NCBI GenBank assembly: GCA_002269645.1
Contig: NIVC01000633.1
Coordinates: forward strand, 310,001-374,000
Origin: Macrostomum lignano
Taxonomy: Eukaryota
Direction: 5' to 3'
Length of the DNA: 64,000 bases
The notes under the pieces: generated by a model
Told to the model about the DNA's origin: nothing
Seen by the model: only the letters and a program-made list of their open reading frames with translations
Database searches by the model: none
Shown here: positions 23,945 through 36,200 of the stretch, piece by piece
Layout of the letters: each line of letters starts with the position of its first letter
How positions within the stretch are numbered: the stretch's first letter is position 1
Made by a program: the position numbers and the translations under genes

Positions 23945-25282
23945 GTCCTGTCCTGTTCTGTCCTGTTCTGTACTGTTCTGTCCTGTCCTGTCCTGTCCTG
24001 CCCTTACCCTGTTCTGTCCTGTCCTGTTCTGTCCTGTCCTGTTCTGTCCTGTTCTGTACTGTTCTGTCCTGCCCTGTTCTGTCCTGCCCTTACCCTGTTC
24101 TGTCCTGTCCTGTTCTGTCCTGTCCTGTTCTGTCCTGTTCTGTACTGTTCTGTCCTGCCCTGTTCTGTCCTGCCCTGTCCTGTTCTGTCCTGTTCTGTCC
24201 TGTTCTGTCCTGCCCTGTCCTGTTCTGTCCTGTCCTGCCCTGTTCTGTCCTGCCCTGTCCTGTCCTGTCCTGTCCTGTCCTGCCCTGCCCTGTTCTGTCC
24301 TGTTCTGTCCTCCTGTCCTGTCCTGTCCTGTTCTGTCCTGTCCTGTCCTGTTCTGTCCTGCCCTGCCCTGTCCTGTCCTGTCCTGCCCTGCCCTGCCCTG
24401 TCCTGTCCTGTCCTGTTCTGTCCTGTCCTGTTCTGTCCTGTCCTGTCCTGTCCTGTCCTGCCCTTACCCTGTTCTGTCCTGTCCTGTTCTGTCCTGTCCT
24501 GTTCTGTCCTGTTCTGTACTGTTCTTTTCTGTCCTGTCCTGTCCTGCCCTGTTCTGTCCTGTTCTGTCCTGTCCTGTCCTTACCCTGTTCTGTCCTGTCC
24601 TGCCCTGTTCTGTCCTGCCCTGTCCTGTTCTGTCCTGTTCTGTCCTGTCCTGCCCTGTTCTGTCCTGCCCTGTCCTGTTCTGTCCTGTTCTGTCCTGTTC
24701 TGTCCTGTCCTGTCCTGTTCTGTCCTGTCCTGCCCTGTCCTGTCCTGTCCTGTCCTGTCCTGTTCTGTCCTGTCCTGTCCTGTCCTGCCCTGCCCTGTTC
24801 TGTCCTGTCCTGTTCTGTCCTGTCCTGTAATGTCCTGTCCTGCCCTACCCTGTTCTGTCCTGTCTTGTCCTGTCCTGTCCTGTCCTGTTCTGTCCTGTCT
24901 TGTCCTGTCCTGTCCTGTCCTGTTCTGTCCTGTCTTGTCCTGTCCTGTTCTGTCCTGTTCTGTCCTGTCTTGTCCTGTCCTGTCCTGCCCTGTCCTGCCC
25001 TGCCCTACCCTGTTCTTTTCTGTCCTGTCCTGTCCTGCCCTGTTCTGTCCTGTTCTGTCCTGTCCTGTTCTGTCCTGTCTTGTCCTGTCCTGTCCTGTCC
25101 TGTCCTGTTCTGTCCTGTCCTGCCCTGTCCTGCCCTGCCCTACCCTGTTCTGTTCTGTCCTGTCCTGTCCTGCCCTGTTCTGTCCTGCCCTGCCCTGTCC
25201 TGTCCTGTTCTGTCCTGTCCTGTTCTGTCCTGTCCTGTCCTGTCCTGTTCTGTCCTGTTCTGTCCTGTCCTGTTCTGTTCTG
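23945..25282. repeat. Pentamer microsatellite (CTGTC/CTGTT/CTGCC)n
   Basis: Directly visible. Abuts the 23-bp array. Confidence 0.95.
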
Positions 25283-25988
25283 CACTGGCCTTGCCAGCTG
25301 CGCTAGGACGAGTCTCCTGTCTGTCTCTTTAAACTGAATCCCTCACCTATCAATGTGAAACAATACCTGTGCGGGAGACCTGGGCTGACAGCACCTGAGC
25401 TGCATCGACCTTGAAAATCTATTTTACTGCATTCTCTTTTTCTCAATAGCGGCCGAGCTTGAACCCTAACGGCCCCAGCTGCTTTGGTTTCAAGCGATTC
25501 ATTTTTCGATATGCCTCGAGATGCGGCCGTCTGGAGCAGCTGCTCAGGTTGCATGAGGTGCTGAGAACGCGGGGTTATCGTAAAAGCGTATGTACGCATG
25601 TATATCATGGCTCATAGCATTGTGTCAAGTTCCACAGGTTTCCCTGATGCTGATTGTCTAGTATTTCACTGAGACACTCCAGCCTCCTTGAGGGGCCACG
25701 CAGTCTAAGAACCAGTTCTGCGCATAGAGCTGGGGCTGCCTGCTCACGGCTTGGCAATTCTATCTGTCAGTCTGAGCCTTTGAACTGGCAAAATTATCCA
25801 CCTGTTCAATATGAGCTCAAAGCCGGGCCCCAAGCTGCCTTTGAATTTGAGCCGATGCAGCTTCTGTTGCTATGGAAACGCCTTCCCCGTCCGCAGCCGA
25901 GCTCACTGGTTGGACAGGCAGCTCCACATTTTAACAATCCCGCATCCGATTTCTAAATAAGCCTTCGATTTGATGCCAATTTCCCAAA

Positions 25989-26163
25989 AGGTGAAATTCA
26001 GGAGGGACCCGACGCTGGTACCTTTGACAAAAGGTGAAATTCAGGAGAGACCCGACGCTGGTACCTTTGACAACAGGTGAAATTCAGGAGGGACCCGACG
26101 CTGGTACCTTTGACAACAGGTGAAATTCAGGAGAGACCCGACGCCGATACCCTTGACAACAGG
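25989..26163. repeat. 43-bp tandem repeat, about 4 copies, immediately 5' of the GPCR
   Basis: Unit AGGTGAAATTCAGGAGGGACCCGACGCTGGTACCTTTGACAAA at 25989, 26032, 26075 and 26118. Confidence 0.9.
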
Positions 26164-26176
26164 TAAAAAGCAGGAT

Positions 26177-27184
26177 ATGTCGGCCGACAATGACTCAGCC
26201 ACGCCGTGCGCCATGGAAATAGCCTATGGCCGACTCATCAACTTGGACGCATCATTTTACGCGCCGTACACCATCCTAGGTGTGCTGGGAACCGTGCTCA
26301 ACTTTCTGCTCCTGCTGGTATCTCGCAAGCCGCAATCGCTGTCAAAGAGGGCCACCTTCCGGCGCCTGCTGATCATGCTGGCCGTCACTGACCAGCTCCT
26401 GTGCCTCTGCCTGCTCTGCGAGATCGCCATCTACGCCGCTTTCAGCGTCCGACTGAACGGCCAGGTGGCCGACAATCCGCAGTTCGACTTCGAGCGCTTC
26501 AACTCGCCCTACGTGTTCTTCATCGGGCCGCGCGACGTCCTGCTCAGCTGGGAGTCCATCGTGATGTTCCTGCTGGCAGTGGACCGCGCTGTGGCCGTGC
26601 TGTACCCGACCTCAGCCAGGTGGAACGGACGCAGCATCAGCCGGCTGGCGGCCGGCCAGCTCGTGTGGGTGGCCCTCCTCGGCATGGGCCTCTCCCTCGG
26701 CCAGGCGTTCGCACCGGCCTGCTCCAGCCGGCAGGCGATGCTCAAGGCGCTGAAATTCATCCTGAGCGGTGCCAACGCCGCACTGGTGGTGGCCTCGGCC
26801 GCCTGCTACTCGCTGATCTTCGTCAAGCTCCGCCTGCACCAGCGGCGCGTCGGCCAGCAGCAGGGGGAAGGCGGCGCCGCCGGCGGCAGCAGTCGGGAGC
26901 AGCGGATCGGCGGCCACATGCTGAAGATCTCCGTCATGCTGATGGTTCTCACCCTGACTCAGGTCGTGATGTGCCTGCCGTTCATCCTGCACTACTACCT
27001 GGCGGATTACAGCATGAGCTTCGGCCTCTACCACACGTTCCTGCTTGGCTGCTGCCTGAACCCGGTGACGCTGCTCGTCTTCAAGCCGGACATTCAGCGC
27101 AGCATTGCGCAGCTGTTCAGCCGCTGCTGGCCGCGGGCCGCCGAGCAGACGCTGGTGGAGAATTTCAGCGTTACAAACGACTGA
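26177..27184 (+). CDS. Intronless rhodopsin-like (class A) orphan GPCR, 335 aa
   Basis: Seven hydrophobic segments with class A landmarks: GTVLN (TM1), LAVTD (TM2), DRA (TM3), W (TM4), CLPF (TM6), NPV (TM7). High GC3. ATG 26177 chosen because the upstream part of the ORF is tandem repeat. Confidence 0.9.
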   Translation: MSADNDSATPCAMEIAYGRLINLDASFYAPYTILGVLGTVLNFLLLLVSRKPQSLSKRATFRRLLIMLAVTDQLLCLCLLCEIAIYAAFSVRLNGQVADNPQFDFERFNSPYVFFIGPRDVLLSWESIVMFLLAVDRAVAVLYPTSARWNGRSISRLAAGQLVWVALLGMGLSLGQAFAPACSSRQAMLKALKFILSGANAALVVASAACYSLIFVKLRLHQRRVGQQQGEGGAAGGSSREQRIGGHMLKISVMLMVLTLTQVVMCLPFILHYYLADYSMSFGLYHTFLLGCCLNPVTLLVFKPDIQRSIAQLFSRCWPRAAEQTLVENFSVTND

Positions 27185-30100
27185 TACTTTTGTATTTTCG
27201 TTTCAAAATGTGTTCGCGATCGGGTTTTGGTACGAGTATCCACTGCTTACCACACAGATACTCTTTTAGCACAGAGCGGCATTCCTATTCCTAACTGGAT
27301 GTGCAGCCGATGCATAGAGAACAGGCAGAAGGCAGACATCAGCTCTATCTATAGTCTATGGCTTGACTGTACTAAATTTGATGTACAACTGTACAGTCTT
27401 TTCAGTTCACGCTAGTTCCTACTTTTTTGTACCCACCCACTCTGTCGATGAAAATATGTTGACAATGCGTAATATTTCCTGCTTTAAAATGGCACTATTT
27501 ATTGCAAAAATATCAGACAACGGAAACTATAAGCACTGAAAGACGTTAGCTATGAAAATTTAATTAATTCTGAAATTTCTGCATTGCCTCTACTCTCGGA
27601 AAGCAAGCGGCAGAGTTGCTCTAAAATAATGCCCTGAAGAGCGCCATCATTTGCAATACTTCGTGCCCCAGCTGGCTTAATCGTGACAATGAGAATGAGA
27701 AAAAACGAATTTAGAGTAAACACTGCACCAATATGGGAGCGATTCGCAAAACCGGGAAATGCAAATTAAAATACAGATGCGTGATGCTAATTGGCAAGCA
27801 GGCAGCAAGTTGTCAGCAAATATAATAATGGCTTTTAAAAATGGCTGTCGTTTCAGGTATGCACAATTCTCTCAGCCAATACAAAGTTGCTTTAGTGGCG
27901 GACACCAGCGTATGCGAAAGCAGATGCACATATAATTATTGCAACAGAATGCAACACTTATGTACACAATATGTAAATTTTAGTTAGGGCTACTACTAAA
28001 TTCTAAATTAGCATTCCGTAGTTCCTGCACATAGTTCGTTGAGTGATGGCAGATCGATATCTACGTACATGTATAGCAGAGGATCGTAGCCTGCAGTGGG
28101 AGGGGGGCAATTGGGGCCCGCGGCCACCCCCCAATAGACAGAAGGTTTTCTCAAGGAAGATTCCCGCGCCCCCTTGGTGCCGGCGCCGGGTGCTGGCGCC
28201 CCTTGGTGCAGGTGTACATGTACAAGGGCCATGACTAATCGTATTCAAGCTGCATTACTCAGCAACGTTGAAAACAACACCCTAGAGCATTGGGCAGAGC
28301 TATTGGCTTCATCTCACGACACTGCAAATGACGCAAGGTGTATCAACTCTCGCTCAGGCGCACAGCTGGGTGGCAGTTTTCAATGTACGTGTACATGTAA
28401 TGAGGACGCACTTTTTTCCAATCCCGCGCTAGCACATGGGCTCTAAACTTACTAGCCTACTAACAGTGGGCAATGAGCATTTTTATCCTTTTTCTGCGAA
28501 TTGTCATAGAATCTATACTAGATATAATGTTTGGTCATACTAGTAGTCATAATAACATAGGCGCAGCTTTTTGGGTCATAAATCATCGCTTTCGAAGCTG
28601 GTCTGACAGCCACCTGCGCCTCACTCAGTGTTGAGGCGGGCGCCAGATGGTCTGAGGGGATGCGAATGATAGCTTTTTTCTCATCATTTTGACAGGCCAT
28701 CAAGATTTATGAGGTCAGGGCCTCAGGGCCTATTGTTCGTGTTCACTCAAGCGTGTGACAGCTTTGACAGCTATGCGTTTTACCTCTAAAAGTACTTGGG
28801 ATTAGCGATTAGTGATTTCTCTTCATTCTCTTCACTTTCTATTTAATAAGAGCTTTCTAATGTATATTTTTTCATTAATTTTTGTCAATTCTACGCGAAA
28901 AGTCATAAATCATTTTGTTGCGATTTTGATTCATTTATGGCCGCACCTGTCATGTTTTTACGACCCCGAGGGAACTGATAGGATCTCCCGGTCACATGAT
29001 TCTGGGTAGCAACAAGCTTAGCCAATCAGAAAATTCGACGTGTTCCATTATAACAAACTGCGGTCCAGTTGGCGGCTATTTAAACCGGTGTTTTTGGCCC
29101 GCTCGGACCTCACTCCTCCTGGGACCTTAGCCTAGATTGAGACATCCCGGAGCGCGACCGCGTTTCTTGATCCCCGGATTGCAACTTCCCCCATCATCAT
29201 CAAGGACGAGTCGCCCCGGTCATCAGCAGCGAACATCAAAGTTAAGAGCATCACCTGCTAGCTATCTGCGAAGACCGTGACATCAGCACCATCGCGGGTC
29301 TACAGCTGCGAAGTACTAAGCCGATTCGGTCACTGTGGATTACCTGGTCTCCGGCTGTTGAGTTTCTGATTGGTTGGGTGAGAGGCTGCCTAGACTTGCT
29401 TGATTGGGTGATTCCTTATCTGTCCCCTGTTTCAGTAGCTGGATTAGGCGCACACTTTCGCTCATTTTGTTCGGTAGTGCTGTAATCGAGGCAGAAGTCA
29501 TTCAATAATACTGCTAGTAGTCAGCTAAAACTCCAATTCAATCTGAAGTGTGAAGGGATCTAAGGAGAAAGTTATTTTTATCGGTTTCATTTCTTTGTTC
29601 GCCGATGGCTCAGATGAATAGCTAAGCTAGTAGGCGCCGGTCACAGTGGACCAATGGCAAGGCAGTTCTCAATCGATCAATATATCAAATCAGTTAGCGA
29701 ATTGCCAATAGTGCAGAATCGGCTCCAGAGATGTACTTTGTGCACTCTAGGTTAGCCAAGCGGCTCGGGGGATGAATCATGCGGTCTCTGATGTTCGAGT
29801 TAGCCTATCATCAGCGCTAGGATCGAGGCTGGTTGGCGCGTTGAAGGCCAAAAGTACAATTATTCGTATTTAGCATTAGCAATGTAATAGTACATATGTA
29901 GCTACCCCATAGACTCGCCACTGCAAGAATCCCCTGCACAAGTCCCCTCTGTACCTGCATGGCCAATGCGATCTAGTCCCAGCAGTGTCCCTTATCATCG
30001 GCTATGACCTCGAGATTGACAGCTAGCAAAAAGACACTAGTTAGCAGGTAAGTGCAAAGCCCCTTCTAGTCGGAAGCCCGATTTGGAGAGTCCCGGTGTG

Positions 30101-30287
30101 GTGAGCCAGGACGCACGGGCTGGTGGCAGAAGTTAGCTTAGTCTGCGGATTAGCTAATTTCTACCTTCAAAATTCTCCCTGCTTGTCTCTCGCTGTCCCT
30201 CTCTTAGCTATAGGACCTAGACTGCTCGCCACACGATCAAGCTACCATATGGGGCTGCATCTGACAGGAGTGGGGGGCCAGGACTCT

Positions 30288-30370
30288 AATTGATTTATTT
30301 CTGAGACCTGAGGCCCGAAGGCTTCCCCACAAGGGGGCCGAAAGGTCGAAACCCATCACATGTAAAATTG
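30288..30370 (+). ncRNA. Hammerhead-ribozyme-like motif (degenerate core)
   Basis: CTGA (30301), stem GACCT/AGGTC (30305-30309 / 30343-30347) enclosing two hairpins, GAAAC (30348), GTA (30362), and a 4-bp stem I ATTT/AAAT. The NGA of CUGANGA is missing. Confidence 0.25.
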
Positions 30371-33083
30371 CAGACTGCCAAGCGCACGACAAATTCCAAG
30401 GCCATAATTTTTGTCATTCGGGTTAAGCGCCGGCCTGTTAACCATGGAGTGCAGTCTCTCTATAGTTTACGGTTTCGTGTATGTTTTCACGATGGAGACG
30501 ATGGAATTGAAGCACGCTGATTTAATGTCAAATTGACAAAAAGCGTGCAAAATTATTGTGTGCTGGATAAAAATTTCATTTTATTTGTCACTGTTTGCTA
30601 TATCAGCATAAAACCAGCTTTCACACATTTATTACAGCTTTCTAGCATATTTACTACAAAATGTTGTTTTAGTGTGCTTTGCTTCTTGTAAAATTGTGCA
30701 ACTTTTGTTACGCCATGCAGATAATGACGACAACTTTTTGATAAAAATGTATACTATAATATAAAAGCAATTCAGTAGAGAATATCACGCAGAGGCTTAG
30801 GCAGTAGTAGTATTAGTATTACTTTGAACCACTGCACTGAAAAATTGCACAATATATCATCGGCAATATGCTTAATTATTTCAGCTTAGTGCTCTATCAG
30901 CAGAGTGCAGTTGCAGTGTAGGCCTAAACTCAGCTTAAATTTGTTAACTGCAGACTAAAGAGTAAAGACTAGAGTATCACCCATCAATCAAACCCATATC
31001 AGTTCATCACATCATACTGAGCTTATCTCCTAAATTCAGTAGAGCCATAGAGGTAAATGTGATTTTAATCGAAATAATATTAGTAGTCTGACAGACTGAC
31101 TCAAATTGATTAGGAGTACTTTTGAAAGTGAGGGCTTGTAGTTGTGGGCCTATTGTAATTCTTGACGTTTTATATTTTAACCTTTTTTCAATTCCCTAGC
31201 CCTAGACGCTAGGCCTAGAATTAGAATATACTTTTGAGATTTTTAAGATGAAGTTTCTGTTTTCAAAGTAGCAAGCCTAGGCCTAAATAACTAATAAGAA
31301 AGTACTAGTGCAAAACGTAGTATTTTTTATATACTAATTAATGAGCCTATATGAATGCCATAGCCATTTTAGTAAAGTAGGCCTAAAAAGGCTTGACCTA
31401 TATCTTAGGCCTTAGGGTCTTAAATCTAGGGCCTAACATTTAAAATAGATTTGATTTCTATCTATACAATTTTATCTAAATAAATAATAATGTAGTTTTT
31501 GGAAATCTTTTACTTTTGCAAGTTTAATTAGGGTATTGACCAATGCAATTTATTTATAAATGAATTTGATAGGCTAATTGGGGTTCACTGTAGGCCTAGT
31601 CTAGACAAATTTGGCAAAAGCAAATTTAGCAACAATCTAGCTCTCTAGTGAGTCTAGGCCTTTGTCAAATTTGGTAAAAATGAAGAAAGAACAATTATAT
31701 ATAATCTTTATTATAATAATTTTTCTAGTACAATGCTGCAATTATATTAGGCCTAATCAATTCAAATTTATTTTTCTTTTTAGTTGAGTTTGTTTTATCA
31801 ATTAGAGGCCTATTTATCCAATGCTTTTTAAGAAATGTTTATTCATTTTTAATTGAAAATATGTGATGTCCAATTTATTCAGTTGAAAAAAAGAATATTT
31901 TTTCTATCAAAGGTTATTAACTTTAATATAAAACCATTGCACTTCTTTCACTTTAAGAATTTAAATAAAAATCAAAGCAAAATTTAATAAGAATAGATCT
32001 AACTTTTATGAGAATTTTAGAAAACCTTATATATAATTTTTTTAATTTTAGCTATTTGGAAAAATACTTATTCATTACCAAATTTGTCATTGAAATTGCC
32101 TAGATTATCATTGATTTGTCCTTGTTAAATTTCTATTTTAAGATTAGCCTATTATTTATATTCTTGAAAATATTGTTTCTGTTTAATTTAATAATGAAAA
32201 TGAATACTATAACAAATTTAATGGAAAAGATTGGTGATAGATTATTAATTAATAAATAGCCAATAGCCATATAGATAAAGAGCAAAATAAAAAATGGTTA
32301 TATGTAGAAGTGGGTAGCTAGCTATAGTTTTTATAGTGCATTATGCTTATTTGAAAGATTTTAGTTAGATTGCCTAATATTTTAAAAAATTTAAAGGCTA
32401 GATTAGTAATATAATATGAATATAGGTTTTGGTTGGCTAGCTGCTCTAATTTAATGTAAATGATATTAGTGTTTTAAAATTGTTTTTTTTGTGTTTTGTA
32501 AGTTTTATAAAAGTGTAAACACTATCTAACCCAATTGATCTAGCTAGCTAACAAGGCAACTAAGGCAATAAGCAAGTATTCATATTGCAAGACCAATCAA
32601 CTAAGTGCCAAACTAGACATTGCAATGAGATATTTATGTATAAAATTGAAAAATGAACAAACCTAAAGAAACACTAACATTAAATCAAAGAGAAATTTTC
32701 TATAAAGCAAAAAGGTCTATATTTCATAAATATAAAATGGCTTTCTAATTTTACATATAGCTATATATTGTGTTTTTTTACTAACTAGGTACTAAAAAAG
32801 CTAATTAAAGATATAAATTTTTATTCAACTTTTGCTTTTCTAAATAATATAGGCCTAAACAACACTATTCTAAATTAAATTTCAATGAGTCTTGAATTTG
32901 GCTCAGAAGTCGTGTCAGGACAGTTTTATCATAGCTATTTAGTAGAGCTCTGCTCTGATACAATGATTAATGCACCAAATATATTTAGCAAAAAATCAAG
33001 GTTTAAAACAGAAAAATAACAGAAAAACAGAAAACAGAATAATAATGTGCTATAATTCTCATTGTAGCCACTTTCTGCAATAA

Positions 33084-33245
33084 ATGCATGCTTATCAACT
33101 GAGCTTGGAGATGTCTGACAAGCCAAAGCCAAAGGCGCGCAAACCTCAACAACAACAACAACAGCAACAACAACAACAACAGCAACAACAACAACAGCAA
33201 CAACAACAACAGCAACAACAACAACAACAACAACAGCAACAACAA

Positions 33246-33281
<36 letters not shown>

Positions 33282-36200
33282 GCACCAAAACCTCAACTTA
33301 GACAAAAACTACGCCAACCTGCCTCAGCTTCGTCATCTTCAAAGTCCTCATCGTCTCGCAGGCGCGGCGACCAGCAGGCCTTGAATGTGTTCGCCGAGGA
33401 GTTCCAGCCGAAGCCTCAGCAGCACCGAAATTCCGCTACCGCGCACTACACTGGGGCTGGCGCTGGAGGTGGCGGCGGGGTCGCCAAGGTCAGCGACTTG
33501 CTGACGATGGCGCTGCCCAATGGGCAGCTGGTGATTCCCAGGCCGCCGAGTTACGGAGATTCCGGCCAGCAGCAGACGCAACAGAAGGAGCAGCCATTGA
33601 AACGGCAGGCTGTGCAGGTGTGCCTGCAGCTTCCTATGAGCTCTGATTGCTTTTTTGACCTTTAATGTTCTCTAGAAAACCCCGTCTTCCAAGAATCGGC
33701 CACCCACACACCAGGCATCGCTGAGAATCGCCCTCCCTCCCACACATCAGGCATCGCTGAGAATCGTCCACCCTCCCACACACCAGGCATCGCTGAGAAT
33801 CGTCCTCCCTCCTACACCAAGCATCGCTGAGAATCGCCCTCCCACACTCCAAGCATCGCTGAGAATCGCCCTCCCTCCCACACTCCAAGCATCGCTGAGA
33901 ATCGCCCTCCCTCCCACACTCCAAGCATCGCTGAGAATCGCCCTCCCTCCCACTCCAAGCATCACTAAGAATCTCCCTCCCTTCCACACTCCAAGCATCG
34001 CTGAGAATCGCCCTCCCTCCCACACCAAGCATCGCTGAGAATCGCCCTCCCTCCCACACTCCAAGCATCGCTGAGAATCGCCCTCCCTCCCACACTCCAA
34101 GCATCGCTGAGAATCGCCCTCCCTCCCACACTCCAAGCATCGCTGAGAATCGCCCTCCCTCCCACTCCAAGCATCGCTGAGAATCGCCCTCCCTCCCACA
34201 CACCAAGCATCGCTGAGAATCGCCCTCCCTCCCACACTCCAAGCATCGCTGAGAATCGCCCTCCCTCCCACACCAAGCATCGCTGAGAATCGCCCTCCCT
34301 CCCACACCAAGCATCGCTGAGAATCGCCCTCCCTCCCACACACCAAGCATCGCTGAGAATCGCCCTCCCTCCCACACTCCAAGCATCGCTGAGAATCGCC
34401 CTCCCTCCCACACCAAGCATCGCTGAGAATCGCCCTCCCTCCCACACACCAAGCATCGCTGAGAATCGCCCTCGCCCAACAGCCCCAGCAGGAGCCGGCC
34501 CGAGTTGCCGAGCAGGCCTTGCCGGAGAACCAGCGCGAGCGGCTCATCCTCCAGCTGAGCAGCAGCAGCTACGAATGCGCCATCTGCTGCCACACGGTCC
34601 GCTCCGAGGTGGCCATCTGGTCCTGCGACAGCTGCTACAACATTTTCCACCTGTTCTGCATCAAGAAGTGGTCGCAGTCGGTCACTGGCGCCGGGGTCGC
34701 CGCTGCCGAGGATCTGTTCAGCAAGCGCTGGCGCTGCCCGACCTGTCAGAAAGGCTTTGAGACCAAGTGCGGCTTTCGCTACACCTGCTTCTGCGGCAAG
34801 GCCAAGGATCCAGAGTTCGTGCCCGGCGAGTGCCCGCACACCTGCGGCCAGCTGTGCGGCAAACGGCGAGGCGAGCTGTGCGAGCATCCATGCAACCTGC
34901 CCTGTCACCCAGGACCTTGTCCGCCCTGCCAGGTAAGGCTTATGGAATTTCACTCTGTAGAATCGCCCTCCCACTCTATAGAATCGCCCTCCCACTCTAT
35001 AGAATCGCCCTCCCACTCTATAGAATCGCCCTCCAACTCTATAGAATCGCCCTCCCACTCTATAGAATCGCCCTCCCACTCTATAGAATCGCCCTCCCAC
35101 TCTATAGAATCGCCCTCCCACTCTATAGAATCGCCCTCCCACTCTATAGAATCGCCCTCCCACTCTATAGAATCGCCCTCCCACTCTATAGAATCGCCCT
35201 CCCACTCTATAGAATCGCCCTCCCACTCTATAGAATCGCCCTCCCACTCTATAGAATCGCCCTCCCACTCTATAGAATCGCCCTCCAACTCTGTAGAATC
35301 GCCCTCCAACTCTATAGAATCGCCCTCCCACTCTATAGAATCGCCCTCCCACTCTATAGAATCGCCCTCCCACTCTATAGAATCGCCCTCCAACTCTATA
35401 GAATCGCCCTCCCACTCTATAGAATCGCCCTCCCACTCTATAGAATCGCCCTCCCACTCTATAGAATCGCCCTCCCACTCTAGAGAATCGCCCTCCCACT
35501 CTAGAGAATCGCCCTCCCGCTCTATAGAGTCGCCCTCCCGCTCTATAGAATCGCCCTCCCGCTCTATAGAATCGCCCTCCCTGTCCCTGCCTCCTCGCTG
35601 GCTCGCGTATTGACCGTTGCCTTGATTTGCGGCAGTGCCTGACCGCCTGCGCCACAACCAGCTCAAACTGAGCTCCCCAGTGCTGCCCCAGTGCTCATAT
35701 TTTCATCTCCCCGCGACTCCCCTGCCGCCGTAGGCCTTCGTCACCCGGCGCTGTTACTGCGGCCGCGTTGAGCGCCGTTGCCAGTGCTGCGAGTCCGTCC
35801 GCTGCGGCCAGCCCTGTGACAAGCAGCTGGACTGCGGCCAGCACACCTGCGCCGAGCTCTGCCACCAGGGCGACTGCCCGCCCTGCGACAAAATGTTCAC
35901 AGTGAGTAGCCGGTGGCTGTATTGATTATTCAGTATTGATTCGACATCTGTGTGTGATACCTGTGCAATCTGATATGGTAATGACACCTGTGTAATCTGA
36001 TATGGTAATGCCACCTGTGTAATCTGATATGGTAATACCACCTGTGTAATCTGATATGGTAATGACACCTGTGTAATCTGATATGGTAATGACACCTGTG
36101 TAATCTGATATGGTAATGACACCTGTGTAATCTGATATGGTAATGCCACCTGTGTAATCTGATATGGTAATGCCACCTGTGTAATCTGATATGGTAATGC

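Noticed and set aside
28948-29650. Solo LTR starting TGTCATG with CCAAT and TATA boxes
   Set aside because: No matching ...CA end with a target-site duplication could be identified.
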